38,360 nucleotides of DNA from the IMG/VR virus record IMGVR_UViG_3300000117_000004, one strand, 5' to 3'. Position numbers and translations under genes: made by a program. Below, piece after piece: positions 13,838-23,253 of the stretch (position 1 is the stretch's first letter; each line of letters starts with the position of its first letter). This DNA is from a virus. Under the pieces are notes generated by a model. That model worked only from the letters and a program-made list of their open reading frames with translations. It was not told the DNA's origin and ran no database searches.

Positions 13838-15244
13838 TTATGCAGTCCTGACGTATGCGACACCACCAGCAATTTGCATACCGCCAACTGGTACTGATGT
13901 GTCAGTAGTATCTAATGAACCTTTGACAGACTGCAATGCAATCCTGGTCCCACTAGATGGTAATGCGGCTGAAGAATTTTCCCCAACAACCCAAGCACCT
14001 TCTGATGTATCATACCAAAGACAAGCATTATTTCCTGATGAACCACGCTCAACAACGAATCCAGCATCTACTGCTGTACCAGTTAAATCACTGTTAAGTA
14101 CCATGGTATTATCTGCAATCTCTAATGTTTCAGTAGTAGTAGTAATTGTTTTACCGCTCACTGTTAAATCTCCACTAAGAGTAAGATTTGCAAAAGTTAC
14201 ATCATCGCCAGTTCCAACTGACTGACCAATTGCTATATCATTAGCATTTACTGTTACACCAGTTCCAGCGCCTACATTTACTGTTGCAGAACCGCTTGAT
14301 GCACCACCAGTTAAACCAGAACCAGCAACTACAGCTGTAATATCTCCAACATTAGATGTAAATCCAGCATCGTTGTTAAAGAAAGAGATTGGTATAGTTC
14401 CACTTTCTGCTAACTTATCTGCACCAGCACCATCATCATGAAATGGAATTGCATCTGTACCAGCAGTAAAAGATGTCTCAACTGACAATTCACTTAATGC
14501 CAAAGCCACAGAAACAGACCCACTAGAACCACCACCTGATATACCAGTACCAGCGCTCACAGCTGTAATGTCTCCGACATTTGTTGTGTACCCAGCGCCA
14601 TTAGTTAACTGATTATTATTTGTTGGTATTGTAGTAGAATTAAAAGCATTAGAACCAAATATTTCAGATGATAATTTTCTCTTTTGTGAGCCACCATCTA
14701 AAACTACAAATTCATCTGCTGAATTATCCCAGGTCTGAGTCATGTCTGTTAACTCTGATAAGTCTACAGATACTGATGAACTATTTACATCAATCAATGC
14801 ACCAGCACCAACTGCTAAACTTACACCACCTGAACTTCCACCGCCTGATAATCCATTACCAGCTGTTACACCAGTAATATCTCCAGCTTCTACCCATCTC
14901 ATGTCACCAGCTGTATTATTCCAGGATAGAACATATCCATCTGTACCTGAACCTACATCATTACCAGTTGCTAATTCTGCCGCACCTATTGCATCGTCTG
15001 CAACCTTTGCTTGTGTAACTGCATTTGAAGCCAATGCATCCGCATCAACTGTTCCATTATCTATTGTTGCGGCTAGTTCTACTGCCGAACTTCCATTAAA
15101 ATTAACAGCACTTGCAGTAATGTCTCCACTAATACTAAATGCCCTATTATTTGCTAAAGCGGTGGCTGTTGCTGAATTCCCACTTGTATCCTGAGATATA
15201 GTACCCGATGAGGACTCACTAACCACCTTCTGATATGTTGCCAT
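13838..15244 (-). CDS. Tail fibre / receptor-binding protein with three GDITAVxAGxGLxGGxSSG repeats
   Basis: The repeats fall at aa 121-146, 224-249 and 300-325. The composition is Gly/Ser/Thr-rich. AGGAG-type RBS. Confidence 0.65.
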   Translation of the reverse strand: MATYQKVVSESSSGTISQDTSGNSATATALANNRAFSISGDITASAVNFNGSSAVELAATIDNGTVDADALASNAVTQAKVADDAIGAAELATGNDVGSGTDGYVLSWNNTAGDMRWVEAGDITGVTAGNGLSGGGSSGGVSLAVGAGALIDVNSSSVSVDLSELTDMTQTWDNSADEFVVLDGGSQKRKLSSEIFGSNAFNSTTIPTNNNQLTNGAGYTTNVGDITAVSAGTGISGGGSSGSVSVALALSELSVETSFTAGTDAIPFHDDGAGADKLAESGTIPISFFNNDAGFTSNVGDITAVVAGSGLTGGASSGSATVNVGAGTGVTVNANDIAIGQSVGTGDDVTFANLTLSGDLTVSGKTITTTTETLEIADNTMVLNSDLTGTAVDAGFVVERGSSGNNACLWYDTSEGAWVVGENSSAALPSSGTRIALQSVKGSLDTTDTSVPVGGMQIAGGVAYVRTA

Positions 15245-15282
15245 ATTATTCTCCTATGTTATGTTTATACGAGTCTTTATGC

Positions 15283-16068
15283 TTATACTGCTATAAATAC
15301 ATCGCCATCTTTATTGACTATGTCTCCAGCACTAGGGGAACTTGGCAAAGCTGTTACAGCTTGAAATCTTATAGTTCCATCCTCTTTCGCTTTCAACAAT
15401 TCTTTTGTATCCTTTTTCAAGGTTACCTCGGTAGCACCTAACGCTACCTTACCAGCTGTTCCATCGCCAAATGCAAACTGGTCTGTCGCATCAGGGTCTA
15501 ATACCATCTGATTCTGACCGCTATTTAAAGTTATTGTACCCTTCATAGTAACGTCTGTCATTATATCTAGTTTGTTACCAAAGGTAGCATTATTATCATC
15601 TAACAAACGAAATACTGTGTAATAAGTATTATCTGTTTGATTCCTTAATTGTATTGTATCAAACTTTACATCATCAGCAGTTATTTCATCTGCTGTAATA
15701 TCATCCAGGCTTAAGTCTCCAGTAACTGTTAGATTACCAGCTATAGTAGCATTACCACTTAGACTCAAATCTTCTGCTGTAACATCACCAGTTACAGTCA
15801 AATCATTCCCAATTGTTGTTATGCTTAAGGTCCCAGCAGTTAACGTACCGCTTACTGATAGATTACCAGTTACACTTGTATTACCACTAATAGTAGTAGC
15901 CCCTACAATATCTAAAGTATCTGTACCTAGAAATAGTGGACTTCCTACACCTTCGCCATCAAAAACTCGTTTAGCTGTAGACTCCAGGCCCTGATTAGGT
16001 GTGTCACTGGCTACAGTCAATAAGTCTTTAAAAGTTTCTGCTGGTGTTTTATTTAATAATGATGCCAT
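15283..16068 (-). CDS. Tail fibre/spike-associated protein with short beta-helix-like repeats
   Basis: Contains ISGNTSVTGNLSVSGTLTAGTLS...LTVTGDVTAEDLSLSGNATIAGNLTVTGDLSL. It lies directly after the giant gene. Confidence 0.55.
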   Translation of the reverse strand: MASLLNKTPAETFKDLLTVASDTPNQGLESTAKRVFDGEGVGSPLFLGTDTLDIVGATTISGNTSVTGNLSVSGTLTAGTLSITTIGNDLTVTGDVTAEDLSLSGNATIAGNLTVTGDLSLDDITADEITADDVKFDTIQLRNQTDNTYYTVFRLLDDNNATFGNKLDIMTDVTMKGTITLNSGQNQMVLDPDATDQFAFGDGTAGKVALGATEVTLKKDTKELLKAKEDGTIRFQAVTALPSSPSAGDIVNKDGDVFIAV

Positions 16069-16124
16069 AGTTACTCCGAATTTTTAAAAATATGCAGAAG
16101 CATTAAACATATTTAATGCAGTTA

Positions 16125-19100
16125 TTAGTATAATTCATCTTGGTTTTTATAAAATCTGTTTTCCATATTTATCATCTTATCTACTTCTTCTTCAGTTAGT
16201 TCGGGATTTTTATCTAAATATGATTGTATATATCTTGAAAATTTTGATTGTTCTAATTGTGAATATTTTTTCCTCTTACTATTATTTCTCATTTCAAAAA
16301 TAGTTTGTAGTTCTGAGTTCTTTTTAAATTCACCAAAAAAGTTTCTTATCAGTGGTATCTCGTCAACTTGTAAATTGCCTTTATACAAATCAATCGGTGC
16401 GCTTATAAGTCTGGCTACACTTTTACCTAAACCACCAGATAGATATTCAGTAAAATACTCTAGTGTCTCAGGGCTTATATCACCAAAACCATCTCCAGGA
16501 CCATACTGACCACCAACAATCTCACCATTTTCATCATAAAGAAATCTATTTTGAGTAGCTAAAAACCAGCCCTCTGCGCTCTTTTTATATATCTCTGGTG
16601 TATTATCCCATGCTAATTGATTATCTGCTGGTGCTTCCTGATAGACTTCTGGATATATTGGTCCACCATAAAAATTCTTATTAGCACCTAGTTGTATAAA
16701 TGGCTTTAGAATTGTAGGTGTTATCATCTGTTCTATTGGAGAATCACCTAGAGGATTGTAGGAAGCATTGATAGCTGTCAACAATCTAAATAACTGGTCT
16801 GATTTATCTATAGCTTCACCACTATGTGCGGCCCAGGCTAAATCAGCTGTTATATTACCAACCACCTTAAATACATTAAATCCATAAGGTAGTCTCATTT
16901 TAAAATATTTATCACCTTCACCATATCTGGCTACGAAATAATTATCTTTTATATAGTTACCTAGCTTCTTGTATTCTTCATCATCATCAGACATATGATT
17001 TATCCAGGATTCCATGAAACCCATTGTTGTAAGTGTCGCTACAGCTTGTTGTGCTTTTTTAGATTTACCAACAACAGTCATTATTCTGTAACCACCTTGC
17101 AATCCAGCATTAGCGAATAGATATAAACTATTTAAGACTGGTCCCCACTCACCTTTTCTATTAAAGTTTATAGTTACATTCTTCGCACCAGAAGCCGCTT
17201 TTGAATCACTATATCCAGCATCTATCATTGCTTTAAATAATGTAAGCCTTACAGCAGATTCTGTTGCTTCATTAAGACTTTCAACAAAGCCTAAAATATT
17301 TTTAGCACCTTCCTTAACTGTATTTCTCTTTTGACCTACATTTGCTAAACTTTTTTCTAAGCCTTCCAGCTTTGCTTCAATGCTTTGTATATCAAAGAAT
17401 CCAGTCTTACCACCAGCTAATCTCATTCTATTGTATAGTTCACCCCACTCAGAATCAATCTCATCATTACGAACTATATTATATACAGCTTTCCAGGCTT
17501 GTTTTAGATTAGTAGGTGACATTGCTTGATTTCTTATATCACCACCTTGTTCAGCAGTTATGTTAATACCAGCTGTTTGTATATCTCGAACAAAGTTTGA
17601 GAAAATAAAATCTACGTTATATATAGTGTTAACATATCTAAGATAGGTATTAAAATGATTTAGAACTGGTATCGCTTTTGATACTCCTAACCCTTGTAAG
17701 GCTCTGGCTATTCTCTCTCCTTTTATACCTTTAAAAATAATTCTTTTTGTTTTACCATCTACTTTTACATTTAGGACATTTTTTTGGTCTACCTTATTAC
17801 CTTCACTATCCTTAGCAGACATTGGTGTCATATGTGATATTTCACCATTCTCATTATACACTGGATTATGTGGTATACCTTTTACCTCAAATGCCTCACT
17901 TGGGTAAGCCTCAACCAAAGCTAATACTTTTTTATTTACTTCATTTTTCTCAGCCCTGATAATAGCAGAATGCATTCTTTCAGCCGCGCTTACTATTATA
18001 TTTTTTACTGGTCTTTTACTACCGACTGCCCTAGCATATTCTTTACCACCAAAGATATTAAAACCCTTACCTCTATCCATAAATAGGTAACCACTAGATT
18101 CATATAAGCTATCACTATCATCCATCTCTCTAAATAGTGGTACATAGTTTTTAAATACATTGCCTTTAAGACTGTCAAAATCTTTCTGACTTATTAACCC
18201 AGCATCTAGCCTAACTTGCAGTTCTGCATCAATAAATTTTTCTCTAAATTCTTTAGTGTATTGTCTTAATACCTTTAATCCATATTTCTTATTTAATTCG
18301 GCCTTTATTCTTTTAGCCTCACTATTTGACATACCACTACCACCATCTTTATACTTAGTATTTGGTAAACTGGCTATGTAAGCATTACGCTCTGCGGCAT
18401 GTTCTGCATGTAAATATCTACTAAAATCATCAACAGATATACCTACATTTGTTATTAGTCTATTTACAAAACTGCTTTTATTCTTGCCAGATATTGTCTC
18501 ATTGTTAAAATCAGAGATTCTTTCTGGCATTTTACCCACAGCTAATTCAGCGGCTAATGCAACATCACGCTCTTCAGTAACTTTATTATCTTCTAAAAAT
18601 TGGCTTTCTATATCTTCTTGCCATGAGATAATAGGGGTAAGCGCATCAATTATCTTTCTTCTAACTAAACGAGATACTGACTCTTCTGAAAGGTCTAATG
18701 AATTTGTTTTGGAAGCCGACTTTATTTGTGCGGCTAAATTTGGATTGGGTCCTAGCTGATAGGTTAACTGGTCTTGTTTGGCTTTCTTTTCAAGCGCTTC
18801 TCGAACTTGTTGTTCAACTTGAGGTCCATAATGATTGTCGAGCCTTTTTTGTATATCGGGTCCGAAGCTGTCGGAGAGTTTATTACGATACCGCTGTCCA
18901 GCACTATCTTTTTTCCAGTTGTTGTTTGTTCTTTCATAATTTATCCCTAGTTCATCTAAATTTAACTCCATCCCAACTTCTTTCATAACCCTTTTTATTG
19001 CTGAAGTTAGCTGGGTGCTATAGTTATTTATATCTACGCGATTAACATTTGTAGGTATCATAAGAGCGCCATCATCAAAATATACTGATGGCATAAATTT

Positions 19101-22100
19101 TTTCGGTAACTCATCTTCTAAAATTGCTATAACAGCATCTTTATTAGCTTGTGTATCTAATTTAGGATGGCTTAAGCGTAAACCTAACATAGCACTATTT
19201 GGATTGGTCCTAGAATAGGCTACATTTTCTTTCTGTGTAATAAGCCCAATAGAATGCATTAAGCCTTTTACAGCTTGAGAACTTCCACGAACTTTTATGT
19301 TTCTACCATCTGTTTTAATTACTTTTAAGCCCATTTCTTTAGCTAATTTTTTAATTGGGCCATTTAATATTTTCTTATTTAATATCTCTTTTTGTCTTGG
19401 TCTAAGTCTTTCAAATGCATCACCATACTGCCTATACAAAGGACTATTCTTATCCATATCTAGTTTAAAAGATATTTGCGGCTTTATTAATTCCAATGCA
19501 TCTGGTATTGACTGCCCATCAGATGTTTCTGACATTCTAGCTATAGCTGTCCAACCAATAGCCTGGACCTGATGTGGCTTTAAGTTGCCACCTAAGTATC
19601 CCATTTCATTTAATTTATCAGTCAACTCATTCATGTAACGACTAGCATATTCATACTGAGTTTCTGAAGGACCAGCACCTTCCTGGTCAATAACTAACCC
19701 CTTAACATCATTCTTATTTACAGCTAGTCTTTTTAAAATATTCATTAGCTTTCCGTCTATAAAACCAGCATCTCTGAATGTGTGTCTATCAACAGCAACT
19801 GGCGCTAAACCAAATGGGTCATCCATCATCACAGTTCTTGTAGATTTGCCCAATGCACTATCTAAAAAGTCATATAGTTTTGCCCCAGCACCTTTTACTA
19901 CTCTTTTACCTTTTAAGGCTGATTTTATATTTTTAGCTACAGATTCGGTTCCAGGTGTTTTAAATGATGGTAGCGCGGCTTTTAATTGTTCACCAGCTAA
20001 GAATGTATTAGACAATGCTTGTAATGGACTAGCCTGGACATTACCAAGTAACCATGCAACCATATAATTGACTGCATCTTTTTCTCCAAATTCCTCAACA
20101 AAACTTGGATATGCTTCTTCATACCATACAGCGGCTTTCATTACCTCTTCATCATTCAATGTGCTTTCTACTTGACGTATCCAATCTTCTGGGGTTTTAT
20201 TTCTACCCAGAATCATTACACCACCATTTTTAAGTTTTACCTCTACTCTTTTATTAACTTGTTGACCTACACCCTTGGCTCTTTTCTTAGCCTTAGATAC
20301 TCTATTAGCCTTATCCTCATCGTTAACAACATCAGGATATAAACCAACAGCTTTTTCAACAACAGATGATTCTAACTGAAATGTTATATCATTGTTTCTA
20401 GGGTCAAATGTTCCTCTGTTAAATTGTGATTTTATTTGACCAGGCTCAAAAGCAACTACATGCATTGCTGGACCCATGATAGGGCTAAACATGCCAGTGT
20501 ATCTTTCTTGTGCATTGTTTAATACTATACCATCAAATCCAGCCGCTTCAATAACTCTTCTGATAAACTCATTACCCATTAGCTTACCATCTTCATTTTC
20601 AATATCTTGTACTAAATCAGATTCTTTCATTATCTTCATAAATTCTGACCCAGTCAATGCCATATCTGCCGCTGTTTCAAAAATTAAACCTTGTATTTGG
20701 CGCACAATATCTTCATCATATCTATAATTCAAATCAGCGTAGATGTCTGGTATTGCATCCATCATATCTATTACTGGACCAGATTCATCTATTACCTCGC
20801 CAGTCTCTTCATCTAATTCATATTCATATTCTAAATATGTATCTGGTGTCATATCACCATCTTTAGAACCTAGTACGAATGGATTCTGTACAGATAAATA
20901 TACTGGCATAATGTTGCCTTCATTCTCCATAAATCTATCCATCATAAATTGGTCATATTTTTGGTCTTGCCTGGCTGACCTACCATATTTTTCTCCAAAA
21001 AAGTCTTGTGCAGATTTTTGACTTTTAATTAGTAAATCTGGACTGCCTTCTGTTGCATAACTACGATTGACATCATTTATATTGCTAGAGAAATAAAATC
21101 CACTACCAAAGTCAGATTCGTGCCATGACTCAGCTATATCAAATTGTTGAAAATTTCTTGTTGTACCATGAAACATTCTTAATGGTGCGCCAGTGTCATC
21201 ATCTCTGGTTATCTTAGATTCTTTAAACCAGTTACGAAATTCTGGTGTATCTATATTTGTTTGAGGTTCTTTATTGCGAGTGCTATGCCAATTCTGGTAA
21301 TTGGGGTCATCATCCAACCTATCTAGTAGCTGATAGGATTTTGGGGCTTTGGGATTATTTGTTTTAGGTGGTGGGTTTTGAAATTGTTCCAAATATTCTT
21401 CACCATACAAAAATATATCTTCATCAACAGCTGTAGCAAATTTCTGATTTACTTCAATGCCTTCCGTTGGTCCGCGCATTTTATCAAAAACTAGCGTTCC
21501 ATCGCTCATTTGGCCCATTTTTTCGATAAATTCACTAGAAATATCCTCTGGAATGTAAATTGCATCTTGAAATTCTTTCGATATCGTTTTAAAGCCGCCT
21601 ATGGTGTATAAAATCGCATCTGAAAATAACTCAAGGTTACCATCGCCTTCCTCGGTAAATCGAAGATTTAGGCCCATTTCTGAAGCCTTTTTTCGAACAG
21701 ACCTTGCCCAAATTTCGATTTTGTCTGCTAAGGCTTTTTCTTCGGCATTTTTTGAGTTTCTAAGCTGTTTAAGTCTTCCTTCGACTGCTTCTTCAAGAAG
21801 TGTGCTTCTATCCGCTCTGCTGGTGAGCGATATATTGCCTTGAATATCATTCGCGCCTCTTGCAGTGACTGCGAATTGTCTTTCTCCATCTTTGGATTCG
21901 ACTTCTGAGAATCCATTGCTTTCTGGGTCATAACCTAACTCCCTTATTCTACTTTCTGAAAAAACTCTATCCCCATTGTCATCTGCATCATATTCTATCT
22001 TTAATGGGTTTGCTTCATCATCGTTTATTTCTTTTGCTGTTGTTTCTATTGTAATAGCATCTCTTTGCTGTACTTCAGCATCTACATCATCATCTCCTGG

Positions 22101-23252
22101 ATTCATATCCTCATTTGTAGCCATGATGCCATTGACTACGCTCTGTGCTGTAGCTGGTCCATATTCCGCAGTAACATCTACCGCCATCCTTCCACCTTGT
22201 ATTGGTAGTAAACCAGCGGCTGTTTGCTTTGCAGTTTCCCATGCTTCATCTACCATACTTTGCCAGGTCCTTGTAGGTACACCTTCTAGTACAGCACCTA
22301 CTTCTGTTGTTAGGAATTCTATACCTAACTGCAATTCTTCTTCCGCTATTTGTGTTGCCCAATCTTTTCCATATTGCTGTACCCATTTTCCTATCAAATC
22401 ACTAGTAGATTTTGCTATAACATCATTGGCTTTCTTTTGTATAGACTTGGGTATTGCTTTACCTATTTGCGCTTGTTCTACTAAGCCATAAAATAATCCA
22501 CCAGTATTAGCAAGTAAACTAGCTGTTCTTGGGTCCACATCCCTATCTAACATATTTTTAAGCATATTTCCAGCACCTTGCCTGGAAAAATAATAAGTAC
22601 TACCTACAGCAAATCCAGTAGCGCCAGAAATAGGAACTGTTACAGCCTCTTCTGGTACTAATGCTAATGGTGATAAATTTCCAACTACTGCCGCGCCAGT
22701 CATACCAGCCGCCGCTCCTGGTATACCAGCTTCAAGTCCTTTTGACATAGAACCAGCTAATTGACCAGATGCCCTAGCTACATACTCTAAAAAGTTATCA
22801 GCTTCAATTGGGTCATTTTGTGCTATTGCCTCATACTGACCATATGCTTTCTTTAAATCTTCAAAATCTTGGCTCCCAGGTACATTATGAAATGAGTCAT
22901 AAAAAGCTACATCAAAATCTGCGGCTTTTCTGGACCTCTTAAATGACTTCTTGAATGTACCAATAACACCTAAATCTGGTTTTGTAGATACTGGCTTCTT
23001 CTGTTCTTCTTTTTGCGCTTCCATCGCATCAAAGATTCTTTTGTTGTCGAAACCATCTTTGCGAAGTTTGTTTATCTGATTTAGTTCTTTAGGTGTTTTA
23101 AACTGGTCCTCTGGCTCAACAGCAAAATTAGGGTCATCGCCTAACTGCAAGATTTGATTGACTATAGATTCCTGATTTGCAGTGTCTTGCTTAGATGTGT
23201 CAGGACTAGATTTAAAATACTGACTTCTTAAAAAATCTTCAAACTCTGACAT
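16125..23252 (-). CDS. Giant (2375 aa) virion internal/ejection 'polyvalent'-type protein with an ADP-ribosyltransferase-like domain
   Basis: One uninterrupted ORF that makes up 19% of the genome, in the position of the T7 gp15/gp16 core proteins. Residues ~165-260 are Gly/Ala-rich hydrophobic segments. Residues ~668-958 read TPEFRNWFKESK..LRMFHGT..GSGFYFSS..VYLSVQNPF..GFDGIV..EPGQIKSQFNRGTFDP. That is the pattern I recall for the ART-PolyVal domain. Confidence 0.7.
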   Translation of the reverse strand: MSEFEDFLRSQYFKSSPDTSKQDTANQESIVNQILQLGDDPNFAVEPEDQFKTPKELNQINKLRKDGFDNKRIFDAMEAQKEEQKKPVSTKPDLGVIGTFKKSFKRSRKAADFDVAFYDSFHNVPGSQDFEDLKKAYGQYEAIAQNDPIEADNFLEYVARASGQLAGSMSKGLEAGIPGAAAGMTGAAVVGNLSPLALVPEEAVTVPISGATGFAVGSTYYFSRQGAGNMLKNMLDRDVDPRTASLLANTGGLFYGLVEQAQIGKAIPKSIQKKANDVIAKSTSDLIGKWVQQYGKDWATQIAEEELQLGIEFLTTEVGAVLEGVPTRTWQSMVDEAWETAKQTAAGLLPIQGGRMAVDVTAEYGPATAQSVVNGIMATNEDMNPGDDDVDAEVQQRDAITIETTAKEINDDEANPLKIEYDADDNGDRVFSESRIRELGYDPESNGFSEVESKDGERQFAVTARGANDIQGNISLTSRADRSTLLEEAVEGRLKQLRNSKNAEEKALADKIEIWARSVRKKASEMGLNLRFTEEGDGNLELFSDAILYTIGGFKTISKEFQDAIYIPEDISSEFIEKMGQMSDGTLVFDKMRGPTEGIEVNQKFATAVDEDIFLYGEEYLEQFQNPPPKTNNPKAPKSYQLLDRLDDDPNYQNWHSTRNKEPQTNIDTPEFRNWFKESKITRDDDTGAPLRMFHGTTRNFQQFDIAESWHESDFGSGFYFSSNINDVNRSYATEGSPDLLIKSQKSAQDFFGEKYGRSARQDQKYDQFMMDRFMENEGNIMPVYLSVQNPFVLGSKDGDMTPDTYLEYEYELDEETGEVIDESGPVIDMMDAIPDIYADLNYRYDEDIVRQIQGLIFETAADMALTGSEFMKIMKESDLVQDIENEDGKLMGNEFIRRVIEAAGFDGIVLNNAQERYTGMFSPIMGPAMHVVAFEPGQIKSQFNRGTFDPRNNDITFQLESSVVEKAVGLYPDVVNDEDKANRVSKAKKRAKGVGQQVNKRVEVKLKNGGVMILGRNKTPEDWIRQVESTLNDEEVMKAAVWYEEAYPSFVEEFGEKDAVNYMVAWLLGNVQASPLQALSNTFLAGEQLKAALPSFKTPGTESVAKNIKSALKGKRVVKGAGAKLYDFLDSALGKSTRTVMMDDPFGLAPVAVDRHTFRDAGFIDGKLMNILKRLAVNKNDVKGLVIDQEGAGPSETQYEYASRYMNELTDKLNEMGYLGGNLKPHQVQAIGWTAIARMSETSDGQSIPDALELIKPQISFKLDMDKNSPLYRQYGDAFERLRPRQKEILNKKILNGPIKKLAKEMGLKVIKTDGRNIKVRGSSQAVKGLMHSIGLITQKENVAYSRTNPNSAMLGLRLSHPKLDTQANKDAVIAILEDELPKKFMPSVYFDDGALMIPTNVNRVDINNYSTQLTSAIKRVMKEVGMELNLDELGINYERTNNNWKKDSAGQRYRNKLSDSFGPDIQKRLDNHYGPQVEQQVREALEKKAKQDQLTYQLGPNPNLAAQIKSASKTNSLDLSEESVSRLVRRKIIDALTPIISWQEDIESQFLEDNKVTEERDVALAAELAVGKMPERISDFNNETISGKNKSSFVNRLITNVGISVDDFSRYLHAEHAAERNAYIASLPNTKYKDGGSGMSNSEAKRIKAELNKKYGLKVLRQYTKEFREKFIDAELQVRLDAGLISQKDFDSLKGNVFKNYVPLFREMDDSDSLYESSGYLFMDRGKGFNIFGGKEYARAVGSKRPVKNIIVSAAERMHSAIIRAEKNEVNKKVLALVEAYPSEAFEVKGIPHNPVYNENGEISHMTPMSAKDSEGNKVDQKNVLNVKVDGKTKRIIFKGIKGERIARALQGLGVSKAIPVLNHFNTYLRYVNTIYNVDFIFSNFVRDIQTAGINITAEQGGDIRNQAMSPTNLKQAWKAVYNIVRNDEIDSEWGELYNRMRLAGGKTGFFDIQSIEAKLEGLEKSLANVGQKRNTVKEGAKNILGFVESLNEATESAVRLTLFKAMIDAGYSDSKAASGAKNVTINFNRKGEWGPVLNSLYLFANAGLQGGYRIMTVVGKSKKAQQAVATLTTMGFMESWINHMSDDDEEYKKLGNYIKDNYFVARYGEGDKYFKMRLPYGFNVFKVVGNITADLAWAAHSGEAIDKSDQLFRLLTAINASYNPLGDSPIEQMITPTILKPFIQLGANKNFYGGPIYPEVYQEAPADNQLAWDNTPEIYKKSAEGWFLATQNRFLYDENGEIVGGQYGPGDGFGDISPETLEYFTEYLSGGLGKSVARLISAPIDLYKGNLQVDEIPLIRNFFGEFKKNSELQTIFEMRNNSKRKKYSQLEQSKFSRYIQSYLDKNPELTEEEVDKMINMENRFYKNQDELY

Positions 23253-23253
23253 A

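Noticed and set aside
12581-15194. Plus-strand ORFs antisense to the fibre genes (12581..12946, 13328..13534, 13899..14225, 14668..14877, 14742..15194)
   Set aside because: These are shadow ORFs generated by the repetitive, stop-poor Ala/Thr/Gly-rich coding sequence on the minus strand.
12004-15244. A diversity-generating retroelement acting on the fibre genes
   Set aside because: No reverse transcriptase ORF is present, and I found no template-repeat/variable-repeat pair differing at adenines. The repeats are tandem in-gene units.
16100-16119. The perfect AT-rich hairpin GCATTAAA-cata-TTTAATGC after the giant gene as a terminator
   Set aside because: The stem is only 8 bp and almost all A/T, and the T-run on the late strand is separated from it. 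The next gene has to be co-transcribed. At most this is a weak pause or attenuator site.
16125-23252. Many 60-170-aa ORFs on the plus strand or in other frames inside the giant gene (e.g. 21976..22491, 18484..18759, 19780..20067, 20743..21021, 21728..21931)
   Set aside because: All are nested within one uninterrupted 7.1-kb reading frame, and their products are low-complexity (Ser/Leu/Phe-rich). These are shadow ORFs.
16125-23252. The giant protein as a cryptic virion-packaged RNA polymerase (N4/crAss-like)
   Set aside because: The idea is tempting because no RNAP gene is visible. However, I could not find a convincing DxDGD / DFDID-type metal-binding motif, and acidic clusters such as DADDNGD are not in a convincing context. 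It cannot be supported from sequence inspection and should be tested by HHpred.
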